DNA from: Calditrichaceae bacterium | GTDB taxonomy: Bacteria; Calditrichota; Calditrichia; Calditrichales; JBFXGD01 | Length of the DNA stretch: 29,105 nucleotides | NCBI GenBank assembly: GCA_050173015.1 | Contig: JBFXLE010000035.1 | Span: forward strand, 1 to 29,105 | Reading direction: 5' to 3' | Shown: positions 8,824 through 17,314 of the stretch, in pieces | Layout: every line of letters starts with the position of its first letter | Position numbering within the stretch: the first letter of the stretch is position 1 | Notes under the pieces: model-generated | Database searches by the model: none | What the model saw: only the letters and a program-made list of their open reading frames with translations | Told to the model about the DNA's origin: nothing | Made by a program: the position numbers and the translations under genes

Positions 8824-10194
8824 CTAATAATTTTCCAGCAGTTTATCCATTTTATTCTGCGCGTTCAGCAGATCAGATGTGGTTGTCATATATTCGGATT
8901 CTGCCTGCAGAAACTGGGTGTGGCTTTGAATCAGGTCCAGGCTGGAAATCAATCCTTCCTTATATTTGATCAGATTAATGTCATATATTTCCTTTGACAA
9001 TTTCATGTTGTTCTCAGAATTCTGATACCTTTTGAATGTGGTTGAAAGGTCAGAACGCGTCTGACGGAATTCCAGATCAAGGCCTTGTTCTGCTTTTTGT
9101 CGCTGCAGAGAAGCCTGCTGAAGTTCAATTTTTGCCTTCTGAACTTTAAAGACCCTTTGACCGCCACTGAAAATGGGCCAGCTTGCCGATAATCCTACAA
9201 CTGTGGTGCGAAACCATGGATCATCGCTGTCAAAGAAATTAAATTCATTTCTCTGGGCGTTTCGTTGGATGCTGCCGAACGCGGCTATTGTGGGCATAAA
9301 GCCGGTGAGCTCATTTTTTAATGTTAGATCAGCCAACTGCTCCTGAGTGGTCAGAAGCTTATAGGTAATATTGTTGTTCAGATCAAATTCACGCTCGAGC
9401 CTGGATCGTATATCCAGGTCTGAGAACACTTTTGCAAGATCATCCTTTAAGCGGATGGGGGTGCTGAATGGGATTCCCATCTGCATTTTCAAAAGGTCGT
9501 AGGCGATCATGATTTGTTGATCGATTGAGACGATGCTGTTCTCAAGCCCGGCGACAGAGATCTGAAGTTGTTTAACATCGGTCTCTTCCACAAATCCTTC
9601 ATCATACATAGCGCTGATTTCATAGAGCGTTTTTTTCAGATTATCGAGACTTTCCTGCAGAATACGTCTGCTTTCTTCTCCGATAATGATAAGATAATAA
9701 GTCTGCGCGATTGTTTCCTGTACATCCAGTTCCGTGCTCCTGGCACCCTGCACAGAGAGTTTCTGATATATTTTTGACGCGCGCAAACCAACAAGATAGC
9801 TGCCGCTGAAAATAAGCTGAGAAACAGATATGCCATAGGTGATATTATGAGTTTGACCAAATTTTACCGGAACGGTAGTTCCCGCGTCCTCGCCAAAAAA
9901 CTCACCCGGTATTAATTGCGTGGGTATATCGATCAATTTTTGATAATCCGCGCTGGCTTCGATTTGGGGAAAACCGGCGGCGGTAACCTCCATGCGCTGT
10001 TTTTGAGCCGCCTTGATGTTGAGCCGGGCGTTCCGCACATCGTAATTATTTTCAAGGGCATAATTTTGCGCTTCTTTTATCGTAAAGGATAATTCATCCT
10101 GAGCCGAAGCAAACCCTGTCAGAAAATATATCAGTATAATTCCGGTCATGATCCGGTATGATTTGGTAATATTCATATCCTCCACCGTGTTCAT
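8824..10194 (-). CDS. TolC-family outer membrane efflux protein
   Basis: ALENNYDV, WPIFSGG, YKEGLISSLDL repeats typical of OEP; signal peptide ending ASA-Q. The true start may be a downstream Met (10176). Confidence 0.92.
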   Translation of the reverse strand: MNTVEDMNITKSYRIMTGIILIYFLTGFASAQDELSFTIKEAQNYALENNYDVRNARLNIKAAQKQRMEVTAAGFPQIEASADYQKLIDIPTQLIPGEFFGEDAGTTVPVKFGQTHNITYGISVSQLIFSGSYLVGLRASKIYQKLSVQGARSTELDVQETIAQTYYLIIIGEESRRILQESLDNLKKTLYEISAMYDEGFVEETDVKQLQISVAGLENSIVSIDQQIMIAYDLLKMQMGIPFSTPIRLKDDLAKVFSDLDIRSRLEREFDLNNNITYKLLTTQEQLADLTLKNELTGFMPTIAAFGSIQRNAQRNEFNFFDSDDPWFRTTVVGLSASWPIFSGGQRVFKVQKAKIELQQASLQRQKAEQGLDLEFRQTRSDLSTTFKRYQNSENNMKLSKEIYDINLIKYKEGLISSLDLIQSHTQFLQAESEYMTTTSDLLNAQNKMDKLLENY

Positions 10195-10195
10195 T

Positions 10196-10804
10196 TTATT
10201 TTCGTGTTTTTAGTCCGTTTAAAATTAAATCGAGTAGATACATTGTGTCTTTCTCGAGCATTTCGAAGTCTGCAGATGTGGGGCGTGGAGACTGGAGCGA
10301 CAAAAATAGTTCTAACCGTAAGGCCTCCATCATCGTTCTGATGGCGTCAGCGGCCTTTTTAGGATCACCGTCACTAAATTCACCATTATCAATACCCTCC
10401 CTGATTAAATCTGCCATAAAGTCAACATTTTTTTCTTTCAGCTTTTTGTGAAGATTTTGTATTAATATGTGATTGTCCAGCATGGCCTGAACATTAAGAT
10501 CCATCAGTTCCGCACGTTCCTTCAAGAATTGAACAATAGCAATGCTGAACGCGTAAATCTTTTCAGTTGCCGTTTGACTGTCTTTAAATTTGGCTTTAAT
10601 CTCTGACAATAATCTAATCGCATCACGCTCGATGGCATCACTGAAAATTGCTTCTTTGTTTTTGTAATAATAGTAAAGAGAGGCTTTTTTCATACCGATA
10701 AGCGCGGCGATATCGTCCATAGTTGCCTTTACCGCGCCGTACCTTGCCAGACAGGACATGGCCGCGTCAAGGATCTGTTCTTTTTTTATTTCATCTTTTC
10801 CCAT
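10196..10804 (-). CDS. TetR/AcrR family transcriptional regulator
   Basis: ILDAA...GAVKATMDDIAALIGMKKASLYYYYKNKEAIF helix-turn-helix; first gene of the efflux operon. Confidence 0.95.
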   Translation of the reverse strand: MGKDEIKKEQILDAAMSCLARYGAVKATMDDIAALIGMKKASLYYYYKNKEAIFSDAIERDAIRLLSEIKAKFKDSQTATEKIYAFSIAIVQFLKERAELMDLNVQAMLDNHILIQNLHKKLKEKNVDFMADLIREGIDNGEFSDGDPKKAADAIRTMMEALRLELFLSLQSPRPTSADFEMLEKDTMYLLDLILNGLKTRK

Positions 10805-10822
10805 ATAATCCCAGTCAAATTT

Positions 10823-10847
10823 TCGAACAATCTACCATATCGTTCGA
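10823..10847. promoter_or_regulatory. Putative TetR operator
   Basis: Inverted repeat TCGAACAAT-N7-ATCGTTCGA (8/9 match) lying between the predicted promoter and the tetR start. Confidence 0.6.
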
Positions 10848-10861
10848 TTATGTGCAATAGT

Positions 10862-10887
10862 TACGGATAAACTTTTCAGAAGTTTCA
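10862..10887 (-). promoter_or_regulatory. Putative ECF-sigma promoter of the TetR-RND operon
   Basis: Minus strand TGAAAC-N16-CGTA, identical to the SigW-type consensus. Confidence 0.65.
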
Positions 10888-10993
10888 ATTATTCCCGGGA
10901 AATGACATTTTGATTAAATAAAAACTAAATTTCATAATATCAATTGAAAACACAATAGTTTGACGGGTCAAAAATCAAGATTTTTTGAAAACC

Positions 10994-11026
10994 ATTCTTG
11001 TCATTTCCGCATACAAGAATTATATT
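10994..11026 (+). promoter_or_regulatory. sigma70 promoter of the phosphate transporter with overlapping inverted repeat
   Basis: TTGTCA (10998)-N17-TATATT (11021); ATTCTTGT-N11-ACAAGAAT at 10994-11020. Confidence 0.65.
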
Positions 11027-11058
11027 ATCTTAACATAATTTTTAAGGATATAATAAAC

Positions 11059-13332
11059 ATGAATTTAGACTATTTTTTGATTGCTGTAATAATTTTATTT
11101 GGATTCGCGATATTCGATCTGATGGTCGGTGTGAGCAATGACGCGGTTAATTTTTTAAACTCATCTATCGGATCGCGTGTGGCTCCCCGCTATGTTATCA
11201 TGATCATTGCCAGTCTCGGAATCATGGCCGGTGTCGGTTTCTCAAGCGGTATGATGGAAGTCGCCAGAAAGGGCATTTTTCATCCGCAGTTTTTTACCAT
11301 GCCGGAGTTGATCACCATTTTCCTTGCCGTCATGATTTCAGATGTTATTCTTCTTGATCTATTCAATACATACGGGCTGCCGACTTCAACTACTGTTTCC
11401 ATCGTCTTTGAGCTTCTTGGAGGCGCGGTCGCGGTCTCTGTATTAAAAGTACTGGATGCCAATGGCGGTTTGGGAACGGTAGCGGAATATATTAACACAA
11501 GCAAAGCCATGATGATAATTTTTGGAATACTGCTTTCGGTGGCTGTGGCGTTTATCTTCGGAGCGATTGTACAGTTTTTGACCCGGCTCTTGTTCACATT
11601 TGATTATGCGAAACGAATGAAGAGATATGGCGCTCTCTGGGGAGGCGTGGCGCTGGCGTTTATCACATATTTTATTCTGGTGAAAGGCGCAAAGGGCGCG
11701 TCGTTCCTTACTCCCGAGACGGTAGACTGGATAAAGACGCACACATTCACCCTTCTCTTTTCCATTTTTGCTGTTTCCGCGGTGATGCTTCAGATTTTGC
11801 TCTTTCTTAAAATAAACATATTTAAACCCATAGTACTAATCGGGACTTTTGCTCTGGCTATGGCTTTCGCGGCGAATGATCTGGTGAATTTTATCGGAGT
11901 GCCGTTGGCCGGTTTTCAGGCATACATTGTAGCCGCCGCCGCGGATTCACCATTGACCGCCACCATGGGCGCTCTCGGTAAGAGTGTTCAGACACAGCCG
12001 TTAATGCTGATTGGCGCCGGCCTGATAATGGTCGTTACTCTTTGGGTCTCAAAAAAAGCGAAAACAGTCACAGACACTGAAATCAGCCTTGGTCAGCAAG
12101 CAGAAGGCGTGGAGAAATTTGATTCAACTTTTCTATCACGAAAAATCGTACAAATGGTGATCAGTTTCTTTAATTTTATTAAACTGTTTATACCATTGTC
12201 CGTGCGTCTCTGGGCGACAAAAAGACTGGATATGCGGCAGTCAAAAGCAGATACAGAATTAGAGCAGAGACCCTCTTTCGATTTATTGAGGGCATCCGTT
12301 AATCTCATGGTTGCAAGCGCGGTAATTTCATACGCCACTTCTTATAAACTGCCACTTTCCACTACCTATGTCACTTTCATGGTAGCCATGGGCTCATCGT
12401 TTGCCGATCTGGCATGGGGACGCGACAGCGCGGTGTACCGTGTTACAGGTGTATTAACGGTCGTCGGGGGTTGGTTTATGACAGCGCTGCTTGCTTTATC
12501 AATTTCAAGTTTGATCGCCGTGATCATATATTATTCCGGAGGCATCGGTGTACTCTTACTTTTGATCGGTGTGATCGTGATTGTCTGGAAAAACCATCAT
12601 AAACACACCGAAAGATCCAAACTTTCGGAAATGGACCGTATTTTTAATTTAAAAAAAGTAACAAGGGTCAATGATGCCATCACTGTTACTTTTGAGCATA
12701 TGGGAATTTTCATGCGCGAAATCCGTGAATCTCTTGATATTACTCTGGAAGGATTATTTTCACAAAACGAATATTTGCTCAGAGCGGAAAGAAAAAAGAC
12801 CAAACAGATCCAGAGGTGGGCAAATATCATTATCGCGAATATTTTTAAAACCCTCCGGCTTCTTCAAAAGGAAGATGCCCATATTACTTATAAATACGGA
12901 CAGACAATCCGACGCATTCAGAAATTATCTGACGGATACAGGGATATCACATTGCGTTCTCATACGCATGTCGGTAATCATCACAAAGGTTTACTCGAAG
13001 TGCAAATTATTGAATTGAGGGAAGTAAAGACATTGCTGCTCAATATCCTGCAGGATGTCGAGGCCGCGTTTAACAATAAGAGTATCACTTCATACGCGAG
13101 TGTTAAAAACAAAGAAACGGAGTTACGGATTCTTGCTGAAAAACTAAATATCAATCAGGCCGAGAGAATACGGGATGACCGTTCAAAAACCAGATTAAGT
13201 ATTTTGTACTACGCGATTGTCGGAAACGCCATGATGCTCTCAAAACAGAACCTCAAGCTTTTGGAGATCTTTTCGGAAATCTTCAATGGAGCTGAGGAAG
13301 CCACGGAAATCGAAACAGAAAAAAAGTTATAA
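11059..13332 (+). CDS. Inorganic phosphate transporter (PiT/PHO4 family) with C-terminal helical PhoU-like domain
   Basis: Signature motifs GVSNDAVN and AFAANDLVNFIG, GLPTSTT, LPLSTTY. Start placed at ATG 11059 (AAGGA RBS, downstream of the promoter) rather than TTG 10960. Confidence 0.9.
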   Translation: MNLDYFLIAVIILFGFAIFDLMVGVSNDAVNFLNSSIGSRVAPRYVIMIIASLGIMAGVGFSSGMMEVARKGIFHPQFFTMPELITIFLAVMISDVILLDLFNTYGLPTSTTVSIVFELLGGAVAVSVLKVLDANGGLGTVAEYINTSKAMMIIFGILLSVAVAFIFGAIVQFLTRLLFTFDYAKRMKRYGALWGGVALAFITYFILVKGAKGASFLTPETVDWIKTHTFTLLFSIFAVSAVMLQILLFLKINIFKPIVLIGTFALAMAFAANDLVNFIGVPLAGFQAYIVAAAADSPLTATMGALGKSVQTQPLMLIGAGLIMVVTLWVSKKAKTVTDTEISLGQQAEGVEKFDSTFLSRKIVQMVISFFNFIKLFIPLSVRLWATKRLDMRQSKADTELEQRPSFDLLRASVNLMVASAVISYATSYKLPLSTTYVTFMVAMGSSFADLAWGRDSAVYRVTGVLTVVGGWFMTALLALSISSLIAVIIYYSGGIGVLLLLIGVIVIVWKNHHKHTERSKLSEMDRIFNLKKVTRVNDAITVTFEHMGIFMREIRESLDITLEGLFSQNEYLLRAERKKTKQIQRWANIIIANIFKTLRLLQKEDAHITYKYGQTIRRIQKLSDGYRDITLRSHTHVGNHHKGLLEVQIIELREVKTLLLNILQDVEAAFNNKSITSYASVKNKETELRILAEKLNINQAERIRDDRSKTRLSILYYAIVGNAMMLSKQNLKLLEIFSEIFNGAEEATEIETEKKL

Positions 13333-13349
13333 ATTAAAAATGAATCAAC

Positions 13350-13390
13350 AAAAGAGTTAAAGAACCGGTTCCGGTTCTTTAACTCTTTTT
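13350..13390. terminator. Rho-independent (probably bidirectional) terminator
   Basis: Perfect 19-bp inverted repeat AAAAGAGTTAAAGAACCGG-TT-CCGGTTCTTTAACTCTTTT just after the stop codon. Confidence 0.9.
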
Positions 13391-13620
13391 ATTTCTTAAT
13401 CCAAATTGCCATCCTTAATCAGATTGCCGATGAATGATTTTCTTCTGCTAATTCACTTTCAGGTGATTAATCTGTTGATAAATCCCGGCAGGCTTGTTTT
13501 ATCCCTTGAACGCCAACTGCTATATTGTCGCAAACCCAATGAAGATACGATCTAATGAAACGTATGCCTTTATAATTTATATCACCCGTTCATCTGAATA
13601 AATTTTACTATTAAAAAAAA

Positions 13621-13678
13621 TTGCTAAATGAACATAAGTTCATTATATTGAGATCAGTTAAATGAGCATATGTTCAAT
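13621..13678 (+). promoter_or_regulatory. sigma70 promoter with two palindromic operator copies
   Basis: TTGCTA-N17-TATATT; AATGAACATAAGTTCATT (13627-13644) fills the spacer and AATGAGCATATGTTCAAT (13661-13678) lies downstream. Confidence 0.75.
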
Positions 13679-13693
13679 TCAATGGAGCCGGGT

Positions 13694-14116
13694 ATGCGGT
13701 CCCCGTATCGAAAAAGACGTGTACATTTACCTCCAAGGTACCGGGATTTTAAACCGGCCGGTTTACGGCGCAAAATGCTAAAAAGCATGATATTAACACT
13801 GGATGAATTCGAGGCGATTCGCCTGGCCGATTATCTGGGAAAGGAACATCAGGAAGCCGCTCAAAGAATGAATATATCACGGCCCACATTTACGCGGCTT
13901 ATCGCAAAAGCGCGGCAAAAAGTGGCGAGGGCAATCATCGATGGCATGGAATTAGTGATTGAGGGCGGTAATATTGATTTTGCTCAGTCTCTTCACCGCT
14001 GCGACAAGTGTGGTGAAGAGCTTATTTTGGCCCAGTCACAGCGACTGGAAAATTGCCCGGAGTGCGGGTCTCTGGACATAAAAAGTCTGACTTCGCAATA
14101 TGTAAAAAATCATTAA
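13694..14116 (+). CDS. DUF134 domain putative DNA-binding regulator with C-terminal zinc ribbon
   Basis: FKPAG, LTLDEFEAIRLADY, QEAAQRMNISRPTFTRLI...ARQKVA, IEGGN, then CDKC...CPECGS. Start at ATG 13694 (GGAG RBS); ATG 13670 lies inside the second palindrome. Confidence 0.92.
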   Translation: MRSPYRKRRVHLPPRYRDFKPAGLRRKMLKSMILTLDEFEAIRLADYLGKEHQEAAQRMNISRPTFTRLIAKARQKVARAIIDGMELVIEGGNIDFAQSLHRCDKCGEELILAQSQRLENCPECGSLDIKSLTSQYVKNH

Positions 14117-14137
14117 TTGTTGTAAAAGGAATACTTG

Positions 14138-14326
14138 ATGAAATTTATAATTGAGGATATGAAGTGCAGAGGATGCGGGGTTTGTGAACGCGCGTGCCCA
14201 CAGGTTTTCAAAATGTGTAATGATATGTCGGTAAAAATTAGAATGACTTCGGTACCTGCTGAGCTGGTTCAATGCGCTCTGAATGCCGAAAATATTTGTC
14301 CATTAAAAATTATAAGCCATCAATAA
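14138..14326 (+). CDS. Small ferredoxin (single 4Fe-4S cluster type)
   Basis: CRGCGVCERACP plus distal ICP; AAGGA RBS. Confidence 0.88.
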   Translation: MKFIIEDMKCRGCGVCERACPQVFKMCNDMSVKIRMTSVPAELVQCALNAENICPLKIISHQ

Positions 14327-14342
14327 CCAATCGGGAGAAACA

Positions 14343-14714
14343 ATGAAAATAGCTATCGCGTCTGATGACGGTGAAAACATTGCCATGCATTTTGGGCGTA
14401 CACGCGGTTTTTTGATATACACGATTGAAGACGGCGCTGTCAAAGAACGCATTTACAAACCGAATGATTTTACCGGACACGCGCGCGGATTGAGCGGTAC
14501 ATCACACAGCGCTGATCACCATGGACCGATTCTATCAGCCCTGAATGGTTGCAAGGCTGTTATTTCACGCGGTATGGGCCGTCGGATTTACGACGATTTG
14601 CAGTCCGTTGAAATTGAAGCTTTCATTGTACAGGAGACCATTGCAGATACAGCTCTGGACCTATATTTAAAGAACCGTCTATTGGATAACCCCGAAAAGG
14701 GGTGTGAACATTAA
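14343..14714 (+). CDS. NifB/NifX family (dinitrogenase FeMo-cofactor-binding fold) protein
   Basis: MKIAIASDDG, HFGR, His-rich loop, GMGRR, C-terminal CEH. Confidence 0.9.
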   Translation: MKIAIASDDGENIAMHFGRTRGFLIYTIEDGAVKERIYKPNDFTGHARGLSGTSHSADHHGPILSALNGCKAVISRGMGRRIYDDLQSVEIEAFIVQETIADTALDLYLKNRLLDNPEKGCEH

Positions 14715-14873
14715 CCGTTTATGTTAAAAAAGGAATGGCTTTTGTTATGCAAAAAATAAATGTTAGTTGTAAACAACTTAAACGTTCATCAACAGCCGGG
14801 ATCTCTTTTTACAAAAGAAGGATCAGTCCTGCTTGTCGTTTGGCGTCCATATCAATATGAAATTATCGAGACG

Positions 14874-15302
14874 ATGAAGATTTCAGACAGAACTAAAAAG
14901 ATATTTAAAAATACTGCCAAAACATTTTTGAAAATGATGCCTGTACTTATTGGTGTAATGGCCTTGATGGCTATGGTGATGGTTATAATTCCAGCGGATA
15001 AATTGACTTCAATTTTTACAGGAAATACACTCATTGACCCGGTTATCGGCGCTCTTCTCGGCAGTATCTTATCAGGTAACCCCATAATCAGCTATGTTAT
15101 TGGTAATGAATTCATGCAATCCGGGATCAGTACAACCGCGATTGTCGCTTTTATGGTAACATGGGTGACAGTAGGTATTGTTCAGGCACCGGCGGAGATG
15201 CTTGTTTTTAACAAAAGGTTCACATTCTTCAGAAATATTATCGCGTTTGTTTCAGCCGTTATCATCGCAATTTTAACCGTAAATATTTTGGGATGGCAAT
15301 GA
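14874..15302 (+). CDS. Permease subunit 1 (DUF318/ArsP_1-like half-size permease)
   Basis: About 4 hydrophobic helices; GALLGSILSGNPIISY, TWVTVG, FRN. Start placed at MKISD (14874) because the ORF extension to 14760 is not family-like. Confidence 0.75.
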   Translation: MKISDRTKKIFKNTAKTFLKMMPVLIGVMALMAMVMVIIPADKLTSIFTGNTLIDPVIGALLGSILSGNPIISYVIGNEFMQSGISTTAIVAFMVTWVTVGIVQAPAEMLVFNKRFTFFRNIIAFVSAVIIAILTVNILGWQ

Positions 15303-15838
15303 ACAAATCACATAAAAAGATAAACCCGATGATCATGTTGGGATCAATAATAACCGCCGGTTATGCCATTTTGATGGTCATCGATTTCGAACTATTCTTA
15401 AAGGCGATGCGATTTTTCGGTGATATGCTGATAAAAGTTATTCCGGTACTAATCGTGGTCTATATAATGATTTTTGCAATCAATATTTTAATAGAGCCTA
15501 AATCCATTAAAAAGCATCTTGGTAATCAATCCGGTATAAAAGGACTTCTCATAGCTATCGCCGGTGGCGTTTTCTCCGGAGGATCTATCTACGCCTGGTA
15601 TCCCCTGCTATCCGACTTAAGAAAGCATGGCATGAGCAATAAGCTGATTGCCGTATTTCTTTATAACCGGGCTATAAAAATACCCTTATTGTTTATGTTG
15701 ATTTATTACTTTGGAGCCGCGTTCACAATAACTCTTACGGTTTTTATTGTACTCTTCTCAGTCATTAATGGTTACCTGGTAGAAATTGCGGCGCCAACTC
15801 ATACAAACAGCGAGGAACCATCATGGAAAAACCTTTAA
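15299..15838 (+). CDS. Permease subunit 2 (DUF318/ArsP_1-like half-size permease)
   Basis: ATGA overlap with the previous gene; KKHLG, GGSIYAWYPLL, FLYNRAIKIPLL; hydrophobic. Confidence 0.78.
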   Translation: MNKSHKKINPMIMLGSIITAGYAILMVIDFELFLKAMRFFGDMLIKVIPVLIVVYIMIFAINILIEPKSIKKHLGNQSGIKGLLIAIAGGVFSGGSIYAWYPLLSDLRKHGMSNKLIAVFLYNRAIKIPLLFMLIYYFGAAFTITLTVFIVLFSVINGYLVEIAAPTHTNSEEPSWKNL

Positions 15839-16269
15839 AGATTGGCATTATTATTTGCGATCGTTATAACGGTTGCGCCGGCGGAAAATGTTTCAGGGCG
15901 CTGCAAAACAGGGAAGGAGCATTTAGTATCTATAAAAACACAGAGGTTGAGCTGGCAGGCTACACAACATGCGGGGGCTGCCCCGGCGGTAATATAGAAT
16001 ACGCGCCGAATGAGATGAAAAATAACGGAGTACAAAAAATACATTTTGCCACAGGTATGATTGTCGGCTATCCGCCTTGCCCGTATATCAAACATTTTAA
16101 AGAATTTATAGAAAAGAAATACAATATGGATGTTGTGATGGGAACACATCCAATTCCGGAAAAATATTATAAAACACACAACCATCTTGGAACCTGGGAT
16201 TCTGATGAATGGCAGGATATCATAAAACCGGTTATTGGTGATCCTGAAATCCGCAAAGCTTACGATTGA
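15823..16269 (+). CDS. CGGC domain-containing putative metal-binding protein
   Basis: IGIIIC...CAGGKC...TCGGCPG...PPCP...GTH; GAGG RBS; overlaps the permease stop. Confidence 0.9.
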   Translation: MEKPLKIGIIICDRYNGCAGGKCFRALQNREGAFSIYKNTEVELAGYTTCGGCPGGNIEYAPNEMKNNGVQKIHFATGMIVGYPPCPYIKHFKEFIEKKYNMDVVMGTHPIPEKYYKTHNHLGTWDSDEWQDIIKPVIGDPEIRKAYD

Positions 16270-16305
16270 GAAAACAAAATCATTTTAAGACAAAGGGAAA
16301 TAAAC

Positions 16306-16488
16306 ATGCATGATCATAAAAAACAAAATCTTGGTGACGGGGGGTACTGCGTCTGCCCAAAATGTAATCATCGCGCGCCTCATAAAAATGGCGTTCCGTG
16401 TCAGGAGGAACGCTGCCCGAACTGCAACGCAAAACTGCTTCGGGAAGGGTCGGATCATCACAAAATGTTTCTTGATAAAAAGAAATAA
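16306..16488 (+). CDS. Small Cys/His-rich zinc-ribbon-like protein
   Basis: AAGGGA RBS; GGYCVCPKC...PH..GVPC....CPNC...REGSDHH. Confidence 0.8.
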   Translation: MHDHKKQNLGDGGYCVCPKCNHRAPHKNGVPCQEERCPNCNAKLLREGSDHHKMFLDKKK

Positions 16489-16557
16489 CTGTAATGTTTG
16501 TATCTAAAGACCTATTAAACAACTTAACCATACTGAGATAAAATTAGAATCGGGTTA

Positions 16558-17301
16558 ATGATGAAAAGTTTAAAGATTAGACAAAAATGGCTAGATGAAC
16601 TCATGCCGTCCGGTATCTCTGTTCCATCGAGCACTTTAATAAGCGGGCCGGGGGGAGCGGGTAAGCCTTTAGTCGGAGCTGCTATTGCCGATGCCTGGCT
16701 AAATCAGGGTGGCTCGCTCATACATTTCCTTATTAATTTTGATCGTGAATATGCCGACAAGATGTTGAAGCTTTTCAATCCGGATCCGGAGAAATACAAA
16801 GACCGGATTGTGTATGTGGAGATCGATCCATTAATAGATAGGATTGAAAAAACGAATGATGTAACACTACGCGCCAATTTGCTGAAACCGGAGAATGTTG
16901 ACGCGGTGATTCGTGAGGCAAAGTCAATGGTGCCCGCAACCGAAAGCGGTCCACTTATTTACGCGTCGGCATTGAATATGCTGCTGTTTTCAAAAAGCTA
17001 TAATCAGGTTATCCATGAAAAGTTTCTTGAAATAATTGGCAGCGGGGAAAACTGTATGTTTACAGTCGCCACTAATACATTTGAGGATCAGATCTCGCAA
17101 TGGGAAAACAAGGCAGACAATCTTTTCTACTCGCGCAGCACCGACCAGATGCATCTGGGATTCAGCATTGTAAGGTTAAAAGACCATTCTTACAGTCCGG
17201 ATGAGGTAGAAGTTCCCCTGACGGAAAATGAACTCATAAGTATCAGGGCGGAGGCTAATAAAGCGCGAAAACACTTAATACCGGTTATAAAACGAATCTA
17301 A
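16558..17301 (+). CDS. KaiC/RAD55-like RecA-fold ATPase domain protein (degenerate motifs)
   Basis: WLDELMPSG, STLISGPGGAGKP P-loop, ADNLF; single-domain length of 247 aa. Confidence 0.75.
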   Translation: MMKSLKIRQKWLDELMPSGISVPSSTLISGPGGAGKPLVGAAIADAWLNQGGSLIHFLINFDREYADKMLKLFNPDPEKYKDRIVYVEIDPLIDRIEKTNDVTLRANLLKPENVDAVIREAKSMVPATESGPLIYASALNMLLFSKSYNQVIHEKFLEIIGSGENCMFTVATNTFEDQISQWENKADNLFYSRSTDQMHLGFSIVRLKDHSYSPDEVEVPLTENELISIRAEANKARKHLIPVIKRI

Positions 17302-17314
17302 AAAAGAGTCTCTT

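Noticed and set aside
10960-11058. N-terminal extension of the PiT ORF from TTG 10960
   Set aside because: Overlaps the predicted promoter; ATG 11059 has an RBS and a family-like start.
12693-12702. TGAGCATATG, partial match to the DUF134 palindrome
   Set aside because: Inside a CDS and lacks the right arm.
13430-13555. 41-codon ORF or riboswitch upstream of DUF134
   Set aside because: No RBS; no recognisable riboswitch core; lies upstream of the predicted promoter.
14343-14714. Nitrogen fixation locus
   Set aside because: Only the NifX-like fold is present; no nifHDK/ENB in the window.
16558-17301. Circadian kaiC
   Set aside because: Single degenerate domain; no kaiA/kaiB.
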